In this document: positions 36,661 to 46,563 of the stretch, in pieces
How the letters are laid out: every line of letters begins with the position of its first letter
Position numbering within the stretch: position 1 is the first letter of the stretch
NCBI GenBank assembly: GCA_035444565.1
Contig: DAOMOX010000001.1
Span: forward strand, 194,335-258,334
DNA from: Candidatus Dojkabacteria bacterium
GTDB lineage: Bacteria; Patescibacteriota; Dojkabacteria; B142; OLB20
Length of the DNA: 64,000 nucleotides
Direction: 5' to 3'
The notes under the pieces: model-generated
What the model saw: the letters and a program-made list of their open reading frames with translations, nothing else
What the model was told of the DNA's origin: nothing
The model's database searches: none
Program-made: the position numbers and the translations under genes

Positions 36661-37851
36661 ATGGACAAACGTTTAAAACGAAACCTTATTCTCTTCTATA
36701 TAACTAGAAGTCTGTTTATACCTTTTTTCTGGCTGGCTATTTTATATATCTATCTGACAGAAACCAAAGGTCTTAGTCCAGCATCCACAATGTTCCTACT
36801 TAGTTTGCAAGAATTCTTATTAATTTTTTTGGAGGTTCCAACAGGTGTAATTGCGGATAAAATCTCACGTAGAGTTTCTGTTGCCCTAGGATATATTCTC
36901 ACTTCGTTACCATTTCTGATTATTCCATTCACCGACAGTTATTTAATATTTATTGCAATTTTTTCAATCAAAGCTATAGGAAAAGCCCTGACTTCTGGAG
37001 CTGACAATTCCCTACTATATGATTTACTCGCGGACTATGATTCGACTAGCTTATACAAAAAAATCCTAAACAAATCGAAGTCGTTGATGATGCTTGTAAC
37101 CGCTATATGCATTTTTATCGGGGGGTTCTTGGCTGAAATAAATATCGAGCTAACTTTAATTCTCCCTTTCCCCTTGATGATAATTGGAGCCATATCAGTA
37201 ATTTTGATGGACGAGCCAGAAACATCTAGAAAAGCAAAAGAAATCCAACAACAGAATTATCTTAAACATACATCAGAAGCATTTCGAAATATTCTTGGAA
37301 ATAGACAACTTTTAACCCTAGCTCTCATTTGGTCAATAGTTATGGGGTTAATTGTTAATCTAAAATGGATTTATACTCCAATTTTCCAAGCTTTGGAATT
37401 AAATTTAGTTATCATAGGAGGCCTAACAACAGGATTATACTTATTGAGATCTGTTTTAGCCTTTATCAGCGTCAGATTAATGCAGATTGATAACTTAAAA
37501 TCTTTGCCGCTATACTCAATAATTTTATCAATTTCATTTATTTTCCCTATTCTTATCTATAATCCAATTATTGTTATCCTGACGCTAATCACCATTACTC
37601 TCTTTTCGGAGACTTTGATGGCTATCTCAGAAGAGGAAATTCAATTAAAAATTGAAAGTAAGAATAGATCTACTGCAATGTCAGGAATAAATTTAATTTC
37701 TAGCGTAGTGGCTACAATTATGTTGAATGGTTTTGGGATTCTTAACAATGACTACGGTATAAAAATATCTCTTTTATTCTTAGTATTACTACTTTCGGTA
37801 AATATATTCCTGAGTATCTATTATAGAAAGTTGAAGTTATCTAGAATTTAG
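36661..37851 (+). CDS. MFS transporter
   Basis: 396 aa with about 12 TM. The loop VPTGVIADKISRRVSVALGY resembles the MFS motif A region. Confidence 0.6.
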   Translation: MDKRLKRNLILFYITRSLFIPFFWLAILYIYLTETKGLSPASTMFLLSLQEFLLIFLEVPTGVIADKISRRVSVALGYILTSLPFLIIPFTDSYLIFIAIFSIKAIGKALTSGADNSLLYDLLADYDSTSLYKKILNKSKSLMMLVTAICIFIGGFLAEINIELTLILPFPLMIIGAISVILMDEPETSRKAKEIQQQNYLKHTSEAFRNILGNRQLLTLALIWSIVMGLIVNLKWIYTPIFQALELNLVIIGGLTTGLYLLRSVLAFISVRLMQIDNLKSLPLYSIILSISFIFPILIYNPIIVILTLITITLFSETLMAISEEEIQLKIESKNRSTAMSGINLISSVVATIMLNGFGILNNDYGIKISLLFLVLLLSVNIFLSIYYRKLKLSRI

Positions 37852-37865
37852 AGAAGTTGAGAACT

Positions 37866-39944
37866 TTACCAAGCACCACTACCGCCTCCACCACCTCCTC
37901 CTCCAGAGAAGCCACCTGAGAAACCTCCACCTCCACTCCAACCACCTCCTGTTGCCGTCCCTGATGATGAAGGACTCACCGTCATAGCGGTTGCTGTAGT
38001 TGTGTTGAAAGTAGAAAGCGAATTTACCAGATAAATGGTGTTAAAGGTACTAATGTCTCCTTCATACCAATCAGGGGTACCCTTGTAGATGTCTTTGAAT
38101 TTTTCTGCCCATTGTTTTTCGATTCCAAAGACAATCGCGTATGGCAAGAATTTCTCAAAGGTTTCAGGTGTGAGGTTCTGTACACGATATTTCTCTGCCG
38201 TTTCCATATACATTTTGAAACCCAATACTTTATGGAATATTTGGGATCCGAGCTCTGTCTTCGATGGCATATGCTTTGAAACAATGAGCAATACCAAACC
38301 TAATATTCCTAAGGCAATTCCGGTCCCCCAGAAAATTGGCAAAACCGTAGAGGCCACTACTAAACCTACTCCAACAATCATTACCAGAAATCCAATTCCC
38401 AAATATTTAGTTCTGACGCTATCAGGTTTGTCATCGAAGTATTTCGCAGAGACCAGTTCTTCGTAAATTTTCTTTTTGATTCCGGGAAGACGTGTGTAGA
38501 ATTTATTCTTTAAGTCATTTGTAGTAACCCTTTCCTTGGTGCCAAATACCGCATCCATTAATTCTTTCTCCGGTTCCGAGAGGTCGTCAAATTCCTTTTG
38601 TTTGATTAATTCGAAATCGGCTTTTTTCAGTTTGATTCCCAAAACTTCTTTCGCGCCAAATTCTTTAATTTTAATGTATCCGCGATAAGCGAGGTCGATT
38701 ATTGACGATGTAATATCTTTAATATCGACCATTTCATCTTTTAACGATCCTAACAAATATGGTCTAATTTCATCAGGTGGACTGTATTCAGGAATGACAA
38801 TACTTTTATCAATATGATCACGACCTTTTGTCTTCCAAAGTTGATATATCTTGAGAGCACCTAGGGGTAATAACATTGCCCCAAAAAGATTAAGAGCCAA
38901 TATTACTGTCTGTCTGATTCTTTCTTCTCGAGTTAATTCGAGGCTTACGTCTAAATTTTTTATCTCTCCAGGTTCTAGTTTAATATTGAATTCTTTTGGA
39001 ATTCGACCATTTTGACTAAAAACAAGCTTATGTTCACCTGGAGGTAACCCTGCTACTTTTTCACTTACTCCTGAAAAATTTGTAACATCGTTAATGACTA
39101 GATCCTGTTCTTTAGGATTCAGCTTCAAGTTTAAAGTAGCGTATTTATCAATCATTCCCTTTGGAAGTTTTTGCAGAATAGTTAAATTCTCTCCCGGAAG
39201 AAGATTATCTTTTGTGATTATTACTCTTGTTCCGTTGTTTGCTGCCTCAACAGAATAATCGGTTCCATGACCAGGGACAGTCAAACCTAAGCTCGAAGTA
39301 TCTACAGGTCCTGGGTAATTAATTGTGACACGACCTCTCTCAACAACATAATCGCGATTGTCCCATATTGCGTTCCAGTAAAGCAAATCATGGTCATCAA
39401 AATACCCTGGGGCACCAAACACCTTGTACTTTAAAGAGAAAGTAACTACTTCATTGTTAAAATTTATCCCTTCTTCAGAAAAAATCCAATTAATTGCGAA
39501 TATTTTATCGCTCCCGTCTTGTTTAATTAACACCAAGTATTTGTTTGGTGGGACAACTGGGTTACCATTACTTGTGTAGGTTATTTCGTCATCATCTGCC
39601 ATTTCAAGTAAATTTCCATCATTGTCTCTTACTTCCAACAAATCTAAAGTCTCGAAACCACCACATAATAAATATTGATTTTCTTTGCACCTTTGTAGTG
39701 CCTCACTGGAAATTAAACGTATATCTCTCGTAATAGCATGGTATTCCCCATTAAATCTATAACGTAAGACTTCAGTCACATCCATTGTAGAGTCTTTGTT
39801 TTGATCGATAGTTACATCAATTGTTTCGTAAACAAAACTTCTCTCCTGCGCTATGACTATTCCCGGACTGAGAAATAGGTAACCTAAAGTTAATAAGAAT
39901 GCGACTACAAAATACTTAATATTACTAATAAGTTTAGTCATCAT
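37866..39944 (-). CDS. DUF2207-family membrane protein with Gly-rich C-terminal tail
   Basis: 692 aa: signal/TM, large extracytoplasmic domain, 3 TM and a cytoplasmic tail ending GGGWSGGGGFSGGFSGGGGGGGGSGAW. It is adjacent to lemA, a pairing typical of DUF2207 (YciQ-like) proteins. Confidence 0.55.
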   Translation of the reverse strand: MMTKLISNIKYFVVAFLLTLGYLFLSPGIVIAQERSFVYETIDVTIDQNKDSTMDVTEVLRYRFNGEYHAITRDIRLISSEALQRCKENQYLLCGGFETLDLLEVRDNDGNLLEMADDDEITYTSNGNPVVPPNKYLVLIKQDGSDKIFAINWIFSEEGINFNNEVVTFSLKYKVFGAPGYFDDHDLLYWNAIWDNRDYVVERGRVTINYPGPVDTSSLGLTVPGHGTDYSVEAANNGTRVIITKDNLLPGENLTILQKLPKGMIDKYATLNLKLNPKEQDLVINDVTNFSGVSEKVAGLPPGEHKLVFSQNGRIPKEFNIKLEPGEIKNLDVSLELTREERIRQTVILALNLFGAMLLPLGALKIYQLWKTKGRDHIDKSIVIPEYSPPDEIRPYLLGSLKDEMVDIKDITSSIIDLAYRGYIKIKEFGAKEVLGIKLKKADFELIKQKEFDDLSEPEKELMDAVFGTKERVTTNDLKNKFYTRLPGIKKKIYEELVSAKYFDDKPDSVRTKYLGIGFLVMIVGVGLVVASTVLPIFWGTGIALGILGLVLLIVSKHMPSKTELGSQIFHKVLGFKMYMETAEKYRVQNLTPETFEKFLPYAIVFGIEKQWAEKFKDIYKGTPDWYEGDISTFNTIYLVNSLSTFNTTTATAMTVSPSSSGTATGGGWSGGGGFSGGFSGGGGGGGGSGAW

Positions 39945-39949
39945 ATTCG

Positions 39950-40534
39950 TTATTTGGTTTCCTTTTCGGAGAAATCTACTTTTACGTTTTGTTTCTCAGC
40001 TTCGTCAGCTTCGAAAAATTCTTTGTTCTTGAATCCTAGAACACCACCGATAAGATTGTTTGGAAAAACTGCAAGTTTAAGATTGAATTCACGTACTGCA
40101 CCATTGTAATATCGTCTTGCTCCTTGTATTTCTTCTTCTATAGTTTGAAGTGTTTTTTGTAAATCTAGGAAGTTTGCGTCTGCTTTCAACTGAGGGTAAT
40201 TTTCTGCAACAGCAAACAATGTTCTCAAAGTTGAAGTAAGTTCACCTTCAATTTTTCCTTTTTCCTCAACGCTCTCAGTTTTCATTGCGGCCGATCTCAG
40301 TTCTGCGATTTTCTCGAATGTCTCTTTTTCGTGCTTAGCATAACCTTTTACCGTTTCGACAATATTGGGAATTAAGTCATATCTTCGTTTTAGTTGTACA
40401 TCAATCCCACTCCATGCCTCTTCGACAAGCACTCGTAATTTAACTAATCCATTGTATAGGGCAATTACAAACCCAACTAATCCTAAGATTACTGCGCCAA
40501 TAATTACAAAAACTGCCATTGATCCTGCAAACAT
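39950..40534 (-). CDS. lemA: LemA family protein
   Basis: N-terminal TM plus GIDVQLKRRYDLIPNIVETVKGYAKHEKETF...FAVAENYPQLKA, the canonical LemA core. Confidence 0.8.
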   Translation of the reverse strand: MFAGSMAVFVIIGAVILGLVGFVIALYNGLVKLRVLVEEAWSGIDVQLKRRYDLIPNIVETVKGYAKHEKETFEKIAELRSAAMKTESVEEKGKIEGELTSTLRTLFAVAENYPQLKADANFLDLQKTLQTIEEEIQGARRYYNGAVREFNLKLAVFPNNLIGGVLGFKNKEFFEADEAEKQNVKVDFSEKETK

Positions 40535-40555
40535 TTTATTTATTTAATAATTAAA

Positions 40556-42394
40556 TTAATTAATATATATTCTCCAATTTTCAATAGTATCGAACCGTTC
40601 TTCCAGATTGCTAATCTTCGAAATATCCACATTCTTCACTCTTCTGTTAATTATATAAGTTTCCTTAGGATGGTACAAGAAAATTACCGGTACATCCTCT
40701 GCAATAATCTCCTGAAAGAGTGTGTATTTGGTTGTTCTCGTTTCTTTATTTGTGATTTTTCTGGCGTCATCAAGGATATCATCTATCTCTGGAATTTTTT
40801 TTGTAACAACCCTACCTTGTTTCTCAGGATCTGGAACAACTGCCAAAACTTCACGCGATGACCTATAAGAACTGATATTAAGTCCTGGATGGCTTATCTG
40901 TGAACTATGAAAAAGCTCATATCTATCTGGGTCTATAAATGTCTGTACACCAAAAAGCAAGGACCCGAATTGTTTTGGGATAATATACTCATCGCGAACC
41001 TTTGCCAAACTTTCTGGAACTATTTTGACATTTATACCCACTTCCGCGAGATCCTGGTTTATGACCGTAGCAATCTTTTCTCGATCTTCATTGTCTACAT
41101 AGAGAAGTTCAAACTCCAACTGCTTACCATCTTTTTCTCGGTATAGTTTACCCGGAGGCAATACCCATCCAAGTTCATCTAATAATTCTGCAGATTTAAC
41201 TGGATCAAAAGAATATTTATTTACATCTGCATATGCGAAAGAACTTCTTGGAATTGAACTGTCCGAAACCTCAGCATATCCTAGCAGTGTTTCGACAATT
41301 CTGTCTTTGTTGATTGCGGAGGAGATTGCCTGTCGCAACTTTTTTTCTGCAAATAATTCATTGTCCAAGTTAAAATACATCGCCCAGTATTGATTATAAA
41401 TAACGTCACTTGTGAGAACCTGTGTGGCGTAATTGTCATTCAAATCTCGCAAATTATCTATGCTAATGCCTGCCAAACCATGAATCTGACCAGATTTGAT
41501 TGCATTAACAGCACTAATTTCGCTTGGGAATAAATCAAACTTTAATATCTCAATCGCAATCTCTTGTCTGTACTGTAGATTTCTTCTAAGCGTAATAGAC
41601 TGAGCTTCTACTCTCTGTAGTCGGAAAGGACCTGTGCCTACTGGATTTCTATTAAGGATAGGATCAGATGTGTTTATATTCTGTGGATTTACATCAGTTA
41701 GCATATGTTCAGGAAGGATTTTGAAACTCATTGCTTCGAAAAAAGATGGGATGACCGTGTTTTCTTGGAATGAAATATCAAAGGAATAATCATCTATAAC
41801 GTTCATTTTCATATTCACTGCAGCTCTCGAATGAATAGTGCTAGTCTCAGCAGAATTTTCCAGTTGTTGAAGTAGTTTAAATGTCGCAGAGACGTCTTTG
41901 GAAGTAAGACTCTCCCCATCATGCCACTTCACGTCTTTCAGTAAATGGAATCGATAACGGCTTCCATTATCCAGTGATTCGTAATTTTCGATTAAGACAT
42001 TACGAATATTTCCACTCTGATCAATTTTAATCAAACTTTCATACACTAAGTCTCCCAGGTCCTTTTCTAACTGAATTTCACTAACGATTAAAGGACTTAC
42101 TCTGTTAAGTTGTCTAAGTTCACCATTGGTATCGACTCCCACGATTACCCCTTCAACAAAAGTATTGGTATTTATTTTAAAGAAAGCATTTACGTTTTGA
42201 GATACCAAAGAAACAATACCAACAGTCACGAAAATAATGGTGAAAAAATGACTAAATGGTCTTGAATCTTTATAGAGATCTGCCAATCTGATTACAGGAG
42301 AAGAATTACCAACAAATAATAAATCAGGAATATTCCAAAGGTAACTTCTAATCGAATAAATTAGTTTTTGGAGCGATTGTAGTAAAAAAAGCAT
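40556..42394 (-). CDS. ABC transporter substrate-binding protein, family 5 (peptide/nickel/oligosaccharide-type), membrane anchored
   Basis: 612 aa. N-terminal TM then SBP_bac_5-like blocks (...FHLLKDVKWHDGESLTSKDV...). No cognate permease is adjacent. Confidence 0.65.
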   Translation of the reverse strand: MLFLLQSLQKLIYSIRSYLWNIPDLLFVGNSSPVIRLADLYKDSRPFSHFFTIIFVTVGIVSLVSQNVNAFFKINTNTFVEGVIVGVDTNGELRQLNRVSPLIVSEIQLEKDLGDLVYESLIKIDQSGNIRNVLIENYESLDNGSRYRFHLLKDVKWHDGESLTSKDVSATFKLLQQLENSAETSTIHSRAAVNMKMNVIDDYSFDISFQENTVIPSFFEAMSFKILPEHMLTDVNPQNINTSDPILNRNPVGTGPFRLQRVEAQSITLRRNLQYRQEIAIEILKFDLFPSEISAVNAIKSGQIHGLAGISIDNLRDLNDNYATQVLTSDVIYNQYWAMYFNLDNELFAEKKLRQAISSAINKDRIVETLLGYAEVSDSSIPRSSFAYADVNKYSFDPVKSAELLDELGWVLPPGKLYREKDGKQLEFELLYVDNEDREKIATVINQDLAEVGINVKIVPESLAKVRDEYIIPKQFGSLLFGVQTFIDPDRYELFHSSQISHPGLNISSYRSSREVLAVVPDPEKQGRVVTKKIPEIDDILDDARKITNKETRTTKYTLFQEIIAEDVPVIFLYHPKETYIINRRVKNVDISKISNLEERFDTIENWRIYIN

Positions 42395-42396
42395 TT

Positions 42397-42633
42397 TTAA
42401 GTAGCATTAGCTATAGCAATAGCCAATCCCACAACAACAAATAATACAATTAGTAAGATGGTTGCATTAAAAAAGAATTTTTCTGCACCTCTTTTTGAGC
42501 GATAGCTTTCACCACCACCAGAACCACCAAACATAGTACCTAATCCAGATCCTTGTTGTTGTAGAAGAATAAAAATAACCAACAATACACCAATTATGAT
42601 GAAGACAATGTTTAGAATGTTCTTTATATCCAT
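42397..42633 (-). CDS. secG: preprotein translocase subunit SecG
   Basis: 78 aa with 2 TM. LLQQQGSGLGTMFGGSGGG matches the SecG LLQ..G.G.G..FGG signature. Confidence 0.75.
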   Translation of the reverse strand: MDIKNILNIVFIIIGVLLVIFILLQQQGSGLGTMFGGSGGGESYRSKRGAEKFFFNATILLIVLFVVVGLAIAIANAT

Positions 42634-42649
42634 TTTGAAAATTATAAAT

Positions 42650-43069
42650 TTAGAATTTCCCTTTGTTCAGGAACTGTAAAATTATACTACAAATGTTTGA
42701 AAAGACAGAAACAAATCCTATTACCGAGAGCGCATTTGGTAAGGTCAATAATTTAGGTGTTGTAAACCAAATAAAATCAAAGTCACCTACGAACCCTCGT
42801 GAGAAGTTCATCACATCAGGGATAGTCACTGATATTACCCAGAGAAAAATAAAAGTTAAACCACCACCTATTAATAATTTCCCCCATACATTCTTTGGGA
42901 ATCTAAAGAATCTTAGTATTTCAGGTAATACTAAAATCAATAATCCATAAATTGATGCCGTAATGAAATAACCAGCGGAGCCATTAGGACTTGATACTCC
43001 TGGCATGGTGCTTACAACTAACCAAAAAATCATAAAGTGAATTACAAAATGTTCTATATTTTTGAGCAT
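42650..43069 (-). CDS. hypothetical 4-TM membrane protein
   Basis: Hydrophobicity pattern only. Confidence 0.4.
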   Translation of the reverse strand: MLKNIEHFVIHFMIFWLVVSTMPGVSSPNGSAGYFITASIYGLLILVLPEILRFFRFPKNVWGKLLIGGGLTFIFLWVISVTIPDVMNFSRGFVGDFDFIWFTTPKLLTLPNALSVIGFVSVFSNICSIILQFLNKGKF

Positions 43070-43116
43070 TATATTGACTAATAATTAGAATATTGTAGTC
43101 CAATCAAAGAATTGTC

Positions 43117-43830
43117 TCAAGTAACTTCTGTCCCGACATATTCTTGACCTTTGAGATATTTGCCGAAGTTCTCCAAATCATCTCCTCCTAAGATTACGAA
43201 TTTTAGATTTCTCTCCATTGCCATTCTGCTGGCAATAGGATCAATTGGATAATTTCCACCGGGTTCATGCTTATCTTTATTTCCAATTATATCTAGATAT
43301 TCTTTCCAAGATATTTTCGAAAGTCTCTTAGCTTGTGGATTTAACTTAGGGTCTGCATCATAAACTCCGTCAACATTTTTCAAGCTTACAACGATTTTAG
43401 AGTCGAGCATATCACTAGCAAGTATGGCATCCACATCCCCGCTATGACCAGGTCTACCACCACCTCCGACTTTTATTTTATGATCGATTTTGAATTTTTC
43501 TTTATCTCCTTCGTAGTAATCCTCGTATTTTATGACGTCTTCGTCAGCTAATTGGGCAAAATATGCGTTTACTAAATATGCATGCAGAACGTTAACAGTA
43601 GTACCAACCCAATGGATACTCATATCGTCTACGACACCCGCCTCTCTTGCTAAATCACGATATTTCCGCATTGTATATCCCCCTCCTACCGCGATAAAAA
43701 ATTTGGTTTCTTGAAGACTAGGTTCTGTTAATACATCTTTCAGGCTTGATAAATAGCCATAGTCAAACACATCCGTCTCACTTTTGGACAATAATGATCC
43801 TCCTAATTTGATAACAATAGTTGATTCCAT
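43117..43830 (-). CDS. pyrH: UMP kinase, archaeal-type (amino-acid kinase family)
   Basis: IVIKLGGSLL, IAVGGG, KVGGGGRPGHSGDVDA, NVDGVYDADPK and YPIDPIASRM align with archaeal-type uridylate kinases. Confidence 0.7.
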   Translation of the reverse strand: MESTIVIKLGGSLLSKSETDVFDYGYLSSLKDVLTEPSLQETKFFIAVGGGYTMRKYRDLAREAGVVDDMSIHWVGTTVNVLHAYLVNAYFAQLADEDVIKYEDYYEGDKEKFKIDHKIKVGGGGRPGHSGDVDAILASDMLDSKIVVSLKNVDGVYDADPKLNPQAKRLSKISWKEYLDIIGNKDKHEPGGNYPIDPIASRMAMERNLKFVILGGDDLENFGKYLKGQEYVGTEVT

Positions 43831-43938
43831 ATATTCATAATAATATTTAAGAAATATGACATTATTAACACAAAAATAACAGATATTCAGGAATTTTTCA
43901 GTTTTTTATTATTAAATTAAATAGATTAATTTGATAAA

Positions 43939-44106
43939 TGGATATCTTCATAAAACATCTCGAGAATATTATTCATGCTACTCTCAGAAAGCAAGAGCGT
44001 AATTATTTATCGGAGCTCAGATTGACAGAGGCTTTACTTCGGTCTGATATTAATGAACTAAACACCAAAATCGATAAACTTATAGAAATTCGATCACCTT
44101 AAAGAA
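43939..44106 (+). CDS. possible small ORF (55 aa) in the 330-nt pyrH-nnr spacer
   Basis: MDIFIKHLENIIHATLRKQERNYLSELRLTEALLRSDINELNTKIDKLIEIRSP. It is below the 60-aa track cutoff and has no homology support. Confidence 0.15.
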
Positions 44107-44162
44107 CAAATTTATAATATTACTGTTGTAATAAACTCCCATTGCTTTAGAATATAAGTACA

Positions 44163-45671
44163 ATGAAAATATTAACTGCCCAACAGATCAAATTACTTGA
44201 ATCTGCAACTCTGCAGACTCAAAATGTTCAAGAGTTAGAACTCGTAAAGCGAGCAGGCTTGGCTTTGTTTAAATCTATAACTTCAAAACTAAAATATCAC
44301 TCTGAATTTGCAGTTTTCTGTGGAACAGGAAAAAACGGAACTGATGGGCTTTACTGTGCCAAGTTGCTTGGTGAAATGGGACATAAATGTAGAGTTTATG
44401 TACTGAAACTTTCAAAAACTCCAAACAATACGTTTCTCAAAATCCTGGATCAACTTGATCAGACACTTGTCCCCATTGAGTACATCAATTCAATAAACAA
44501 TTTCCCTAAAATCCGCTCAAAAACCATAATTATCGATGCAATGGTAGGCACAGGTCTTAACAGACCCCTGAAAGGACTGATGGCTGATGTGGTACAAAAG
44601 ATTAATGCTACTCGAAATAATATTGTCGTTTCTGTTGATATGCCTACAGGATTGATGACAGACGTTGTAGCAAGCTCTTCTGATGTCATTCAGGCTAATT
44701 ACACTTTTACTTTCGAAACACCTAAACTCACACAACTACTCCCTGAAAGTTATCCTTATGTAGGAGAGTGGAAGGTTTTGCCAATTGGATTAGATCAGAA
44801 GTATTTAAATAAAATTGAAACTCATCTTCAATATATCGACTCCGAATCCATAAAAACTCTCTCGAAGAAATTGCATAGGGAGAAATTCTCTCACAAAGGT
44901 GATTTTGGTCATACACTCGTAGTAGCAGGCAGTTTAGGGAAAATGGGTGCTGCTATTTTAACTACCAAATCTGCTCTAAAAAGCGGTGCTGGATTAGTTA
45001 CTGCACTAGTTCCTACAATAGGTTACGAGATTATGCAAATATCAGTTCCCGAAGCCATGACAAACATATCAAACGATTCTGATTTTATTGAGAACATAGA
45101 TGTTGACCTGACTGTATATAAAACTATCGCCATGGGTCCTGGGTTAGGTACATCCACAGAAACAATTAAAGCCATCAAGACATTATTAAGAAAAGTTACT
45201 TATCCAATAGTGATTGATGCTGATGCGATAAATATTATTAGTGCAGACCGCTCAATCCTTGAAGAAATCCCAAAAAATTCAATATTTACTCCTCACATCA
45301 AAGAATTCGATCATTTAGTTGGCCCATCTACAAATTCCATACAAAGACTTGAGAAACAAAGAACTTTTGCAATTAGGTATAACCAAATAATTATACTCAA
45401 AGGTGCACATACTTCAATTTCATTTCCAAATGGATTGATTTTATTCAATTCGACTGGGAATCCAGGTATGGCAACGGCTGGTTCGGGTGATGTCCTTACC
45501 GGAACAATTGCAGGAATGCTCTCCCAAGGTCTCAAAAGTTCCCAAGCTGCAATATTAGGAGTTTATTATCATGGGTTAGCGGGTGACTTAGCAAAAAAAG
45601 AACTAGGAATGATTGGAATAAACGCTACCGATATAATCAATAATCTCCCTCAAGCTATCAACAGTCTTTAA
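44163..45671 (+). CDS. nnr: bifunctional NAD(P)H-hydrate repair enzyme (epimerase + ADP-dependent dehydratase)
   Basis: N-terminal YjeF_N (AVFCGTGKNGTDGL, corresponding to GxGNNGGDG) plus C-terminal carbohydrate-kinase-like domain (AMGPGLGTS, GSGDVLTGTIAGMLSQG). Confidence 0.85.
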   Translation: MKILTAQQIKLLESATLQTQNVQELELVKRAGLALFKSITSKLKYHSEFAVFCGTGKNGTDGLYCAKLLGEMGHKCRVYVLKLSKTPNNTFLKILDQLDQTLVPIEYINSINNFPKIRSKTIIIDAMVGTGLNRPLKGLMADVVQKINATRNNIVVSVDMPTGLMTDVVASSSDVIQANYTFTFETPKLTQLLPESYPYVGEWKVLPIGLDQKYLNKIETHLQYIDSESIKTLSKKLHREKFSHKGDFGHTLVVAGSLGKMGAAILTTKSALKSGAGLVTALVPTIGYEIMQISVPEAMTNISNDSDFIENIDVDLTVYKTIAMGPGLGTSTETIKAIKTLLRKVTYPIVIDADAINIISADRSILEEIPKNSIFTPHIKEFDHLVGPSTNSIQRLEKQRTFAIRYNQIIILKGAHTSISFPNGLILFNSTGNPGMATAGSGDVLTGTIAGMLSQGLKSSQAAILGVYYHGLAGDLAKKELGMIGINATDIINNLPQAINSL

Positions 45672-45789
45672 TCCCAACCCTCGCAATACTTATTTCTCTT
45701 GTTGTTAAATTAAACAGTTTATATAGTATTTTAAAGATTTGCTTTCAGCATTCCTGAAAGTTACAATATAAAAAATTTCAATTATTCAG

Positions 45790-46563
45790 ATGAATTTGTT
45801 CCTTAGCAAGGTATATGCTCAAGTTGATGGAGTAGTCTCTCCAACAATACCTTTCACTCCTCCTGGGAGCATTACCCCTACCACAGCTGGACCCACCACG
45901 GCGGTTGTAGGACCATCGATTTCTCTGACTTCTGAGGAAACAACACTAGAAGTTGGAACTACTTCGAAAATTCAAGTCGTGATAGACACACAACTCCAAC
46001 CAATTAGCCAATATTCTATACAAATACTTTTCAGTCCTGAATTCTTAAGGGTAGTAGATTTTGATGACAGTACGGATAGTATCGAAGTCGATTTTAGAGA
46101 CACATTCTTCGACTCCACGATTAATGAAGTATCACAACAACAAGGAATTATCACAATCAGTGCCGAGAACCCTGCTGGTTCATCTAGTATCACTAGTCGA
46201 GTTGTAGCAGAAATCCAAGTAGAAGCACTCAAAGCGGGTTTTGCAGAAGTTTCGATTGGTCGAGAAAATTCCAATTTACTGACTTCGGGATCTGCTGATA
46301 TTCTCCAAAATACCACTACTGTTGAATTTGTGATTGGTGGAGGCGGAGGAACTGGACCTACCATAGTAATTCCTTCTACAAGCATCAATCCGAACGTATC
46401 TGTATTGCCATCGAGTGATATACCTCTACCAAGTCGGACTCCCGACACAGCAATAACTGATAACCTCCGAGCCCCAGCTGCCCTTATTTTAGGTGTCATC
46501 TTGATATCTATGGGAAGCTACTTCATCAAACTTAGAAATACGAATGAGAGTAAGAAAAATTGA
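45790..46563 (+). CDS. secreted beta-sandwich (cohesin-like, tentative) protein with C-terminal TM anchor and basic tail
   Basis: N-terminal signal-like segment, Thr/Pro-rich stretch, GGGGGTGP linker. C-terminal LRAPAALILGVILISMGSYFIKLRNTNESKKN (TM plus basic tail, but no L[AS]DTG motif). Confidence 0.4.
   Translation: MNLFLSKVYAQVDGVVSPTIPFTPPGSITPTTAGPTTAVVGPSISLTSEETTLEVGTTSKIQVVIDTQLQPISQYSIQILFSPEFLRVVDFDDSTDSIEVDFRDTFFDSTINEVSQQQGIITISAENPAGSSSITSRVVAEIQVEALKAGFAEVSIGRENSNLLTSGSADILQNTTTVEFVIGGGGGTGPTIVIPSTSINPNVSVLPSSDIPLPSRTPDTAITDNLRAPAALILGVILISMGSYFIKLRNTNESKKN

Noticed and set aside
42650-43069. 4-TM protein as a possible phage holin
   Set aside because: There is no neighbouring lysin, portal or capsid gene. 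Its context (SecG, substrate-binding protein, PyrH) is housekeeping, and the topology alone is non-specific.
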